DNA of 64,000 bases from Saccostrea echinata (lineage: Eukaryota), in assembly GCF_033153115.1 (NCBI RefSeq), contig NW_026889778.1, forward strand, positions 9,052,001-9,116,000, read 5' to 3'. Numbering within the stretch: the stretch's first letter is position 1; every line of letters starts with the position of its first letter. A program made the translations under genes and the position numbers. This document shows, one piece after another, positions 14,401 to 25,290 of the stretch. The notes under the pieces are model-generated. The model searched no databases and was not told where the DNA came from. It worked only from the letters and a program-made list of their open reading frames with translations.

Positions 14401-14553
14401 CTCATTTTTGTCACCATCCTGCAGATGACTGCGATACTACACGTTATTTTACTAATGTTGATGCATTTACTTCTCATCCACAGAAACCCGAACGACCCAT
14501 TCGGTTATAGGTTAGAATATTGTTCTCTGCAACGTCGACGTGATCAATATTGA
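11449..14553 (+). CDS. Secreted cysteine-rich protein, paralog 1 (154 aa; divergent dermatopontin/HAAF-like, inferred)
   Basis: Exons 11449-11647, 11769-11855, 12014-12122, 14484-14553; all introns GT-AG, phases 1,1,2; spliced ORF open. Signal peptide MKGIYAFIVICCILNLHLIQG, then CLENEL...CIPSP...WRCPGD...RCCTKEGLEVKSC...PPKGFHLKGR...YCSLQ. Exon-by-exon homology to two other copies in the window. Confidence 0.88.
12366..12707 (-). mobile_element. tRNA-derived SINE with V-type core (second partial copy at ~12195-12360)
   Basis: Reverse strand: tRNA-like head, TTCGGATGAGACC...AAAAC core, CACTGCTCAATGGC, TTCTCGAACGGGA tail with CAAT repeats; homologous to 43781-44128. Confidence 0.8.
12743..13707 (-). 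pseudogene. Tc1/mariner transposase relic in intron 3 of paralog 1
   Basis: Frameshifted pieces: HTH (SEIAKVLKITPATMCRFLKRY...RSGRP), KVWR...EKYLPEC, VMVWGC, LPWPAQSPDIS. Confidence 0.88.
13792..14284. mobile_element. Degenerate MITE (~50-bp imperfect TIRs)
   Basis: TTTTGCGAGAAGCACTGACTTTT...GACGACTTACTTT vs AAAGTAAGCCGTCG...AAAAGTCAGCGCTTCTCGCGAAA. Confidence 0.6.
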
Positions 14554-15169
14554 AATCAACCCTGAATACCATCTGATATCATCATCAGTAATCGGTCGAC
14601 CTCATCTTTGTGATATTATTTAGAAAGTGACGACAAACTACATTGTATCAATATATGTTTTTCTTATAAAGATGATGATATACCAATTTTTTTCTCATTA
14701 TATTCATAATACCCATTCAATATAAACAGTCCCTATTACAGTTGTTTGATCAGTTCCTAATTTTGATCAGCTTCAAATAATTAATAATTTAAGAGCTGAT
14801 AATTAATGAATTTAAATAGTGCATTCATAAATTGATACTTACATGTATGGTAAAAAGGTTTATTTATGCATGTTTGAATTCTGTTCTGTGGTCAGCTTTT
14901 GTTTGTGTTCGATATCGTATTTGAAACATTCGACCTACTTTTACAATGCAACAAATCCGACGCGCTTATCTGCAGAAAATCGTCTGTAATCACCTCAATT
15001 TTTCACATATATCAACATGTCAGCTCTCAAAAGTAAGCATGATATGTATTTAAAAAAAAACACCAAAAGTTTTCCGAAATTCAATAATTTGAACACCGGA
15101 AGATATCGGGGGGAAAATCATGCTGTCATTGTACTAGTTCCGAATACCATCATTAACATTATAAGATTA

Positions 15170-16075
15170 TTTAACAATTAGTATGAAAAACGTCAGTCAG
15201 CATTTGACACAATGATAGGTTGTATGTGCTGACAGGGTCATTGTATCGACCGAAAAACTTGCAAAAAGATGACTTAAAGCGACTTTGTTGATATCCTTTG
15301 TTTCATCAATTTGTTTGTCAATAGCTTGCCTCGTTTTAGAAATTGTTCATAGAGCATGCTCTGGCGTATCGAATCAACTGAGAGACATAAACCCCATATG
15401 CAGGTGATAAGGGTATATTACTACTTCAGTAAGTTGAAACTTTGAAAAGTTGAATTCATCACCTTTATCATAACGCTTTGTTGTTAAGTTACCATTAATG
15501 CCTCTTTCTAGTAAAATATCTAAATATGAAACAGATGTGTCAGAATCAGTGGTATCTTTTATTTCAAGCTCACTGGGATATATCGAGTCGAAATATGAAT
15601 GAAAGTAACTATTGTTAATTGATAATACGTCGTCGATATATCGAAATGTCGAGCTGAAGGCCACAACAACTGTTTTCTTCTTCTCATGTAGAAGTCTTTG
15701 AATAAATTCTGTTTCATATGAATACAAAAATAGGTCTGCTAATAAGGGGGCGCAATTGGCACCCATGGGACTTCCAAAAGATTGTTGGAAGACCTGATCT
15801 CACAAAACTACATAGACATTGTCAATCAGAAACTCAAGCATCTTTTTAAAATCAACTTCAGAGTACTTGTGTGTACAATCAGAGTGCTTTTTAACAAAAT
15901 AATTTGGTAAATGACCAATGACAAGGTAAGTATATTTACGAGTTCCATTTTTTATTAAAAAAGCAGATGTTTATGATGTCAAAAAGCTTGGACTTCAATT
16001 TATCGTGGAGAATGGTTGGATAAAGTGTTGAAAAGTCGTACAATTTGATGCCATTGATTTTGGATGTGAATAGAT
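15170..16075 (-). pseudogene. Penelope-like (Naiad-type, tentative) reverse transcriptase fragment
   Basis: YDFSTLYPTI, PMGANCAPLLADLFLYSYE, FRYIDDVLSINN, IYPSELEIKDTT, SYLD motifs; frameshifts present. Confidence 0.85.
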
Positions 16076-16417
16076 ATGAATGTAAAATGTAATTTTAAAT
16101 CATTTTTTTGTTTTTTTATATCAACACTATATGAGTTAACTCTTACCTATAATATCAGGCTTTGGAAAAAAAAAGAATTATATTATAAAATATTATTTTT
16201 GTGTTTTTCATTAAAAGTAATAAAAAAATTATTAAAATTACATATGAACACATTGAAAGGTGGTTGGAGTATTTCGAATCCTAGTAATTTATGTAAATAA
16301 ATATGTAGGAGAAAGATCATCTGGTATCCCATACCACCTTAAAATTACGTAGTAAAAATATCAAGTTTTCTAGAGAATTCTTTGCTCATAATTTCTCGGA
16401 GATTTTCTCTTAGGTCT

Positions 16418-16522
16418 CCATTCGCTACGTATGCACACACACATGGATTAAACCATTCGCTACGTATGCACACACACATGGATTAAACCATTCGCTACGT
16501 ATGCACACACACGTGGATTAAA
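16418..16522. repeat. 35-bp tandem repeat x3
   Basis: CCATTCGCTACGTATGCACACACACATGGATTAAA three times head to tail, 1 substitution. Confidence 0.95.
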
Positions 16523-16639
16523 CATTAACCATGTTGCTAATTGGAATATGAGTATTTTTTACAAACATAATAACGTAAAATAGACATCAATTCTACGGTT
16601 TTATTATCACGTGTTTTTTTTTTTTTAACCCAACATTTT

Positions 16640-17210
16640 AATTGCAGAATGCAAGAATTATTGACCGGGTTTTACGATGAAAATGGTGAGCGGAGGGGTG
16701 GCTGCCGATAGGGTCACCGGATCTGATACTTGTTAAATGTAGCTGGTACTGTAACAAACTTAGCATAACATATATTTGCATGCTTATAACTGCAAACTCA
16801 TAAATTACATTTTCTGTATGCGATTGTCCCCTTTTACCATGTCCAGGTGGTGTTCTCCCACGTATTCGAGAGCAAAATTCATATGCATATGACTTAGAAT
16901 GTGTAAGTCACCTCGCAAATTTCAGTGTCCACGCAGGAGACTTTCCCTTTGTCAATTCAAGATCTACTATAAGATATTTATTACCATTTCCATCTTGGTG
17001 CCAAACGCAAAGAAATTTTCTGAGAGTTACTAGAATTTGCAGATGTTAAACCTCTTAAAATTGTTGAAGCATTGTAGGAGAACGGTGGTTGAGCCTTGAA
17101 ACGTGCATTGGAAGAATTCGTCATCTATGGACAGCACTTAAAATTAAGCTACTATACTGCAGTAATAATGAATGTGAGAAAGCTGGACATGTGCAAAGAT
17201 TCAAAGACTG
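16640..17210 (+). pseudogene. hAT-type transposase relic (ZNF862-like)
   Basis: Manual translation across stops/frameshifts: GGVLPRIREQN...ECVSHLAN...LPLSIQDLL*DIYYHFHLGAKRKE...EFADVKPLK..LKHC..RWLSLETCIGRIRHLWTALK, matching the CxxH and RWLS blocks of hAT transposases. Confidence 0.7.
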
Positions 17211-18088
17211 GTAATCATTCCATAAGATGCACATGGTTTGTCTTTCCTGGATTTCTTACCCATATTGAATAAATTTATCACCAAATTGTCGGTTGTTGTG
17301 CTAATTATTTTAATAATTCAAATACATTTTCATGGTAATGTATAATACATGTAATCTATTTACTGTTTCAATGATATCTCACCTCTACGCACAGATGAAG
17401 AGATTGCTGCGACGGAAATTTGTGATGGTGAAGGCAATAACAGGTGCAGGAAAAGATCTCAGGTACCTTTTGATGATGCAGCATTCCAACTTGAATGACA
17501 ATGAGTTGATTGTAGTAGGACTTAAGACAAGGGATCACATATTCTCTATTATCATGCTTCCTGTCAGTTTTGTCTCTATATAATCGATACCCGTAGCGTA
17601 TTTTTTTTCAATGCACTTGACATTTCTTTTTTTTGATTAGTGATGATTTTCACAAAGAATTTTTTTGTTACATAAGAACTTAAAACTCTGGAGGATGAGG
17701 CAACCGATAATTTCCAGGTTCCTGAGGAAGATTCCATCTTTTTTCTTCGTCTTTGGTCCCACTAAATTCTATATGACCTGACGAATGTTTCCTTATTAAT
17801 ATCACTAATCATGGCCCTATTGTTTGTCAAAGGAAATTTCTTATATTTCCACGTAAACTTTTACATTAATTGTGGTCTACCATATCCTCAGGATAAGACC
17901 CCCTTCTTTTTTTTAAAGACTCTACACTACCTGAAGATTCTTGCATATTTATATTAATAATTATAGTCCTGCTATACCCGAAAAGAAGATTTCAAAACAT
18001 ATTTTCATTTGTATTTCCATGTAGAACTGATCTACTATTTGGGCCAAAACCTACCCTCGGAGTGGGGGCATGATTAGAAACAACTTAA

Positions 18089-18804
18089 GGTTTTACCAAA
18101 GGTCAACATGCCCAAAAATTTATTTTTACAACAGCTCCAAAACTATGTGAGGTATGAAGTTAAAACTTTTACAGTTTATAAATATATCATTGATTAACAG
18201 ATACAAAGTATCACTTAAAAACAAATATTTAAAAAAATATATTTTTTGAGAAAGAACTATTTCAAAAAATTTGCATATTTTAAAAAAATGCACCTGCTTA
18301 ATTCTGTACATTTAGTGAAAACCATCATTGAAGATATAATATATGTTTATCAATGAAGGGCAAGTTGGACGTGAATGGTCTCTGAAAGGCTATTATTGAA
18401 AGCATGACATGTATAAAGACAAGTACCCTATAAAATCCGCCATTTGCAATGTACTTTCGGTTTCAAATCTTAATATTTGGACAAAATAAACAGGGAAAAC
18501 AACTTTCCAGAGACTATCGAAGTCCAACTTGCCTTTCATTGATAAACATATATTGTTTCTGCAATGATGGCTTTCACTAAAAGTACGGAATTAATTAGGT
18601 GTATTTTTTAAAAAAATATATGCATTTTTTAAAAAGAATTTTTCTCGTTAAATACTTTCTTTAAGTATTTGTTATCAAGTGATACTTTCTATCTGTTAAT
18701 CAATGATATTTTTATAAACTGTAAAAGTTTTAACTTTATACCTCACATAGTTTTGGAGCTGTTGTAAAAATAAATTTTTGGGCATGTTGACGTTTGGTAA
18801 AACC
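18089..18804. mobile_element. Foldback MITE with ~300-bp TIRs and TTAA TSD (Kolobok-like)
   Basis: TTAA|GGTTTTACCAAA...TTTGGTAAAACC|TTAA; arms 18089-~18390 and ~18500-18804 are reverse complements. Confidence 0.88.
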
Positions 18805-19039
18805 TTAAATCTGCATTACCTGGGGATGTGTAATACCACTGAAACTTTAGAAGAAAATTTTTCAACATACTTTTGTAAAACTTTGATTCCCGCTTGGAAC
18901 CCCATCCTACTTTATGGGGCCATGATTTGAACAAACTTGAATCTGCACTACCTGGGGAAGCTTGCACATCAATGTCAATAACCATGGTCTTTCTTTTTAA
19001 AAAGATTTTGAAAGAAATTTCCTATATACCCATGTAAAC

Positions 19040-19970
19040 TTTGATCCCTTAAAAACATTCTGATTGTACACACAAGAAGTCTTAAGTAGATATTTAAATG
19101 ATGCTTGAGTTTCCGATCGATAATATCTAGTTTTTGGAGATCGGGTGTTCCAACAATCTGTCGGAATTCCCATCGGTACCAATTGCGCCCCGTTATAAGC
19201 AAACCTATTTTTGTAGGTTATAAAGCAGAATTTTTTCAAAAACGTATACATGAGGAAAAGAAGACACTTGCTGTGGCCTTGAAAATTAGATATATCGACG
19301 GCGTATTTCCAGTTAGCAAGAGTTACTTCTATTCATGTGTCGACTCGATATATCCCAGTGAACTTTAAATAAAAGATACCACAGAGTCTGGAACACATGT
19401 TTCATATTTGGATATTTTACTAGAAAAATGGCTTTAATGGTAACCTAACAACACAGCTTTATGATAATTTGATGACTTCAACTTTTCTTTTGTCAGCTTC
19501 TCTTATTTTTGTAGCAATATCTCCTTATCACCTGCATATCGGGTTTTTATCTCCCAGTTGATTCGATATGCAAGAGCATGTTCCACGTGTGAACAATTTC
19601 TAAAACGAGACAAGCTATCGACAAATTGATAAAGGAATGATATCAACAAGTCATTATTTTGCAAGTTCTATGGTTTATACAATGACCTTGTCAGTAAATA
19701 AAATATATCATTAAGTAAAATGCTGACTTTTCTTTTTCATACTAACTTAAGTCATTATCTAAGCATTGAATTGTCTACGGATTTTCCGTTTGCCAGATCA
19801 TGACAATGAGCATACGACGGGTGTGACCGGTCGACATGGGATGTTTACTCCTCCATGGCACCTGATACCACCTCTTATGTTTTTTAGAGGTCCATGTTTG
19901 CTCTGCTCTCGATTTGTATTATTTTCATGGACTTTGAACTTGATTACTGTTCGTTATCTCCATATTTCAT
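19040..19970 (+). pseudogene. Penelope-like RT fragment with 3' end
   Basis: VFQQSVGIPIGTNCAP, RYIDGV, IYPSEL, ISQLIRYARAC in broken frames, followed by the conserved GGTGTGACCGGTCGAC...CACCTGATACCACC 3' region. Confidence 0.85.
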
Positions 19971-21317
19971 GTCTCTATCCTACCCAGAGGGCCAATATGT
20001 GAACAAACGTGGATCTACACTTTGTCGTGAAGTTTTGACTTAGGTTTCATCTTTTACGTATTTTACCCAGTTTGCAGACTTTTTATGAAACCTATATTTT
20101 TTATGTTCTTGATTTCAAGAATTGATTTTCCCTTCATTTAATCCCCTTCGTCCAACAATACTTTGTATCAAGCTTGGTGAAACTGGCCCAGAACATGAAA
20201 ATTGAGAAAAGTTTACTCCTACAACAACAACGACTACATACAATGATTTTTCATAAAAGCTCATCCGAGCCTTCGGTTCAGGTGAACTAAAAAGTAAATC
20301 AGCAAGAATGAAATTACAGTGTCATCACATCTGTTGCACATATTGCGGTTACTAGTCACTGTCCCCGACATTTCATTTTTGACAAAGGAATAAAAAGGTT
20401 TCCTTCCTTACCAGCACGCAAGCTCCAAAGCTGTATAAAACAACATGCATACATAAACTGATGCTCTTAATATTGTGTTCACCACTTCATTTCTGTATAA
20501 GTTTAATTTCCTATGCTAAATATTGATTATTAAACCCTGTATTATTTCCCTGGCGCTCATGCATCTTAGTGTATCATTACTTCGTGTCAACAGGATAAAC
20601 ATCAGATTAACAAACATCTTTGAAATTTTATTAAATTGACATCAGCTTATATCATATATTTTTGAATGTTTTCAATACAATGGTTATTTTTTTTCAAAAC
20701 AAGACAGGAAAAAAACAGACTCCAAAACTGGACTCAACTGTTTCCAAAGTTACCAATTTCCGCAACAGAAAAAAAAGTTGTTGAGAGGGGTCGCAGTCAA
20801 ATCTATGAACCAATAACAGATCTGTACGGATGTTACGACTGTATTGGATCATGGGTGGAATGTGTTAAAGATGCCATATTTCCATTTCTATTTGTTTTCT
20901 CTGTGATAACTCTTTGAAAGTTAGGAGAGTTGATTTCTTGATCATTCTAACGGAATGCAAATTTTGCCAAGCGAAAGGTCAGTAGCTAAGAAGGCATAAT
21001 ATGCATGTAATTCTCGTGCGGCTGTCTTTGTGTTTGACGTCAGTGGGCGGGGACTATTGAAATTGACATGTGAGGCCTCGTGTAATTTAAATCTATTAGT
21101 CTACATTTTTAAAATCTAAATTTACAATTTTATTTCAAAATGAAATGGAAATATAAGGAATCACTGTCTAGTTAGTAGAGTATGCCAGGGACATCAACGA
21201 TAGTTGGAAACGTGGGATAATTTATGCATAACGGGACAGTGATTCCTTAATTCATTCCAACTACGCACTTCCACATTTACCTGTGTTTGAAAAATGGATA
21301 CTATGTACCTTGAATTA

Positions 21318-22083
21318 CTGTAAACATGGAAATTTTGAAGACGTGCTAATTTTGACTATATTAACGTTTTTTTTTTCTCGTCAAAATTTCCACTCGTCAA
21401 ACTTCACATCATTATAGCGTCACAACAGATATTGACAGTTGTACAACTTTACCGCTTAATTTTCTCGGTTTCCCCCATTACATCAAAGTTACTGTTTAAT
21501 TTTTTGTAAAAAGTTATGAAAACATATAATCACAGTTTTTTTAAAAAACATTGAGTATGTCATATACTATTATTACCCATGGTTATAACATTCTTACTTT
21601 GTGTAATTATCACGCCGTGTTTGACCTACTTTGTCACCTCAGGCAATCGGTCTCGTACAATGAAAACAAAATACAAAAGAGCCATTAATTCAATCAAAGC
21701 TTATACACTGTAGATGGTTTTTACAAGCAAAATTAAATTTTATTGAGAACGCTTGTAAATGCGTTCCCGAGGAAATCGCGGTCCTTGCTTACAACATCGT
21801 GAACTCGAACAGAGCGGCTTAATCGTAGTTGTTCTCAAGTCAACTAATTAAGCCAATGTTTCCATCAAGTTTTTGGTCCTCTACCTTCTGGCGAACTTAC
21901 TCAGGGTACTAGTTTAGAAACTCGTTGTTTTAGGAGTTCTTTGTAATCATTTTTGTTTTAATCTTGTGAAATCAAAGATATACATAACTCTTGATTCAAT
22001 ATTTCGTCAAAATTAACACTCGTCAATTTCCGTAAACAAAAAATCGTCAATTTTTCAACTCGTCAAAATAATTACGTTTACAG
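21318..22083. mobile_element. Tc1/mariner-type MITE with TA TSD
   Basis: TA|CTGTAAACAT...ACGTTTACAG|TA; subterminal CTCGTCAA repeats at both ends. Confidence 0.75.
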
Positions 22084-22313
22084 TAACCAATAAAATACTT
22101 TTTCTTTACATTAAAAGAACAAAGTATTGATCATTCTTCTAATAAACTTCAATACGTTTTAATTTCATCATAAAGCTTCTCGAGTAAACAGGCCCGTAGG
22201 AAGCAATTTTACTTTGGTAGGTGGGGTGGAGACCACCGAAAGTAATTTGCGACAAAGAAATGATATCGACAAAATCATTAATAAAGGATAATTGCATAAA
22301 AAATTTCTCGTAT

Positions 22314-22650
22314 GAATGAAAAAGGGTAATGAAAACGCACAGTGATCGATCTCATAAAATCCACACAATACAAATCTTTGAACAGGGCATAAACATGGAC
22401 CCCTTGAAATTCCAGCGGTGGGATCAGGTGCCTAGGAGGAGTAAGCATCCCATGTCGATCGGTCACACCCGCTGTGAGCCCTATGTATTGATCAAGTAGA
22501 CGGAATATTCCGTAGTCAAATTCAGTATAAAAGCAAAGGTCTAACAATTGGTAGGAAACAAGTCAGCCAAAATACGACCCAGTGATAGATTATATTTGCT
22601 TACAAGGTCATTATAACGACCATAGAGTTTGCAGAATGCCAACTCCAACC
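22314..22650 (-). mobile_element. Penelope-like 3' fragment
   Basis: Reverse-strand homology to 19660-19970 (RT C-terminus plus structured 3' region). Confidence 0.8.
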
Positions 22651-23291
22651 ACAAAAAAGACAAGAGTTCTGAATAAACAATTCCAATCACTATATATCTG
22701 AATCAAGCTCAGAATGACACAACTTTTTTGAATATATTCAAATTTTGGATATCAGGTATGTTTGTTTAAACGGGATAATTCTTAAAACTTTGCCCTTTGA
22801 GTCTAAAAAAATTAGTGCTCCCGACCCCTTCTTTCCTGCATACCTTGCCTCTTCGTGAACTTTTTCCAAAAATGACTTTTTTCTTCTTTCTGGTCAAACA
22901 CTATTAGATATAATCGAACTGTGCGTAAGGTAGATCATAAGTTCATATGATAGTGTCTTGGACCAGACATGAAAGGGACCTAAATAGCCTTTAAGTTTAC
23001 AAGCTACTGACCGTATCTACGTCACTGGTGTGTGAAACGTGACTGATAGAAAGTCGGGTTTACCTTTACTTCAATAAAAAACTGTGATAATAAAAAAAAT
23101 CAGCAATTAATCATTTTAGCTTTACAAAAAGACTTTCTTAGGCTAGAAATATACAAAAGAAGAACTGTATAAGGGCAGTTGGCTACACTTATTTTTGTAT
23201 TATTACGAAGTTCCTCTGAACAAGCTATCTAATGCATTGATTACGGTTAATTATTGGACTTGAAAGTCAAGGTCACACATATAAGAAACCT

Positions 23292-23580
23292 TTTGATTGA
23301 TGTCCCTTGCGAGAATTTTTCACTCGTATATGATGTCACCAAAACCAGTTAAAAAGCTTTAAATTTAGACATTATCTAGTCACCCTAGGCCATTGAGCAG
23401 TGACCGTTCTTTACCGTGCCAACACCTACCGTGAGTCATATCCGAAAGATCCTTGACTTTCACTCCTAGTGCCAGGAGCTTGGCGAAGGAACAGTCATTA
23501 CATAAGATATACCTCTTAAGTTTGACGCCAGACGCGGCACCGCGAACGAGAATCGAACCATGACCTCCAGATCACGAACC
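23292..23580 (-). mobile_element. tRNA-derived SINE (degenerate)
   Basis: GAGAATTTTTCACTCG, GGCCATTGAGCAGTG, TTGGCGAAGGAACAGT blocks shared with other copies. Confidence 0.75.
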
Positions 23581-23778
23581 TTTAGGATGAAGCTCTAAGA
23601 AATGTTAAGGCACAAATTGCTATTGATAATTAAATTAAAGGACACTGACTGCATGTCCCTCACTGATTAAGATGACTGTTCTGCTAAAAAAAATTAATAA
23701 TTAAAAATAATTACACTTTATATGAACTTTATTATGTCACCGGGTTCACAGGTGCGTGAAAGTCAGTCAATATATCGG

Positions 23779-23873
23779 GTCTCAATAGCTCAGTGGTTTG
23801 AGCGCTGGCACGGTACACCAGAGGCCCTGGATTCGAGTCCCAGTTGAGACTTGATTTTTCACCACCTGTGACA
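23779..23873 (+). mobile_element. Short tRNA-derived SINE / pseudo-tRNA
   Basis: Cloverleaf 23779-23850 (GTCTCAA/TTGAGAC acceptor stem, A and B boxes), but no U33 and mismatches in the anticodon and T stems; short tail follows. Confidence 0.65.
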
Positions 23874-23974
23874 TTATATAATATGATTTTTTTTAATATG
23901 GGGGGAGTGGGGGCACGCTGCTCCTATTGCCATGGTAAATTGCTGTACAGTGCAGGGAGTAGTATTAGCGGCTA

Positions 23975-24141
23975 TACACCGGGGGTAAACAATGGGTCTT
24001 TTGTTAGAACGAACAATGGATCTATTGTTAGAATGACCTTGACCGATTTTCAGTGCATAGGTAGTAAACAATGACCTTGACTGACTTAATACAATTAGAC
24101 TCTCAGATATACACCGGGGGTAAACAATGGGTCTTTTGTTA
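23975..24141 (+). repeat. 34-bp direct repeat in Polinton terminus
   Basis: TATACACCGGGGGTAAACAATGGGTCTTTTGTTA at ~23975 and ~24108. Confidence 0.9.
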
Positions 24142-24533
24142 TTCATAGACCATGACCGATGCGCTGCAACAGTAATAGGAATGGGGGGAGAACGACTCTC
24201 TACGTCACGGACAGATGTCACGCTACAGTCTACTCATGGGGAACAGACACAATGGAAGGGGAAAATGGAATGACGTCAACACAAGGGTTGACATAAAAAG
24301 AGATATTTAATAAAAAAAAAAAAGACAGGAGGATTTTTTGAGAAAGGCAATACAAAAAAAAAGAGTTGAGAGTGACGTCATTGATGAACATGAAAGAGAA
24401 AATACAAAAGGATTTTTTTAAACCAATGACTGACTTTTGAGTGACCGTGACCTTAAGTTTCGATAAAAGGAGATGAAATCCAAAAGGAGGATCATTCCGT
24501 TGAGGAGAAAGGAGCTAAGCGAAGAGGGGAAAA

Positions 24534-25037
24534 ATGTCAAAGATTAAATACGAAAAGGCACTGGAAGGAGAAAACAAGGGTCTTGAACATTTCTTGAGAA
24601 AGAGTGCAGCTGTCAAAAATCTCATCGACAACTACATTGCCAACAATATGAACTCCAACTCTTGCGACTACTGCACAAAACATTACGCACTGAGAAGTAA
24701 ACTGGTGCACGAAAAACATTGTCTTGTAAGATTGGCCATGGAAGCCACACTGGATGTTATGAAGATGTCTACATTTTGTCTTCGGGCACAGGACATCGAA
24801 TGCGAGACCTGGAAGGAGATCGACAACAACGAAGTCTTAGAAATAATCATGGCCGAACGTATTCCCTACGATGTCATGGAGGGTGCTTATTACGAATCAA
24901 TTTGGGAAGATTACTACTACCGGAGACTAGAATATCTGTGGCCAGACGGAGTGTGGCGTAAAGAAGATCCATGTGATTTAACTGTGGCCAGACGGAGTAA
25001 AGAAGATCCATGTGATTACAACCCAAATGATCATTAA
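24534..25037 (+). CDS. Polinton hypothetical protein (167 aa), possible C2HC zinc finger
   Basis: Open ORF with CDYC-x12-HEKHC; upstream GATAAAA (24462) + TCATT (24492); AATAAA at ~25143. Confidence 0.7.
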   Translation: MSKIKYEKALEGENKGLEHFLRKSAAVKNLIDNYIANNMNSNSCDYCTKHYALRSKLVHEKHCLVRLAMEATLDVMKMSTFCLRAQDIECETWKEIDNNEVLEIIMAERIPYDVMEGAYYESIWEDYYYRRLEYLWPDGVWRKEDPCDLTVARRSKEDPCDYNPNDH

Positions 25038-25290
25038 AAAAAGACAAGTTAAATATAATCATGTTTTTATTTTGTTTGTGTCATATCTTTAAACATTGGA
25101 GAGGTAAAAATTGTTTGAATTATATTGAATGTATGAAAGTTTAATAAATGATGAGAAAACGTCTATTGTATTGTGTTCATCTTTGATGGAGGGATATTCT
25201 TCAATGAAACGATCCAGTCTCCTATACGATCTTAAACGAGACTGGTGTCAAAAAGGGGATGCGAGAAAAAACTTTTCATTTTGACTGTTT

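Larger units (their letters stand above)
17630..20293 (-). mobile_element. Decayed Helentron-type element with tandem monomers and nested insertions
   Basis: Monomer motif GGGGCCATGATTTGAACAAACTTGAATCTGCACTACCTG recurs. Terminal box AAAAGCTCATCCGAGCCTTCGGTTCAGGTGAACTAAAAA at 20255-20293. Left boundary approximate. Confidence 0.65.

Noticed and set aside
16418-16522. 35-bp repeats as a CRISPR array
   Set aside because: No spacers, no cas genes, eukaryotic context; simple minisatellite.
20666-20917. Possible THAP-like fragment
   Set aside because: No complete C2CH signature.
15170-22650. Hammerhead ribozyme in the Penelope-like fragments
   Set aside because: No CTGANGA...GAAA core with supporting stems seen.
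23779-23850. Functional tRNA-Thr(GGT)
   Set aside because: Lacks U33, has stem mismatches and a SINE-like tail; other tRNA-like stretches also lie within repeats.
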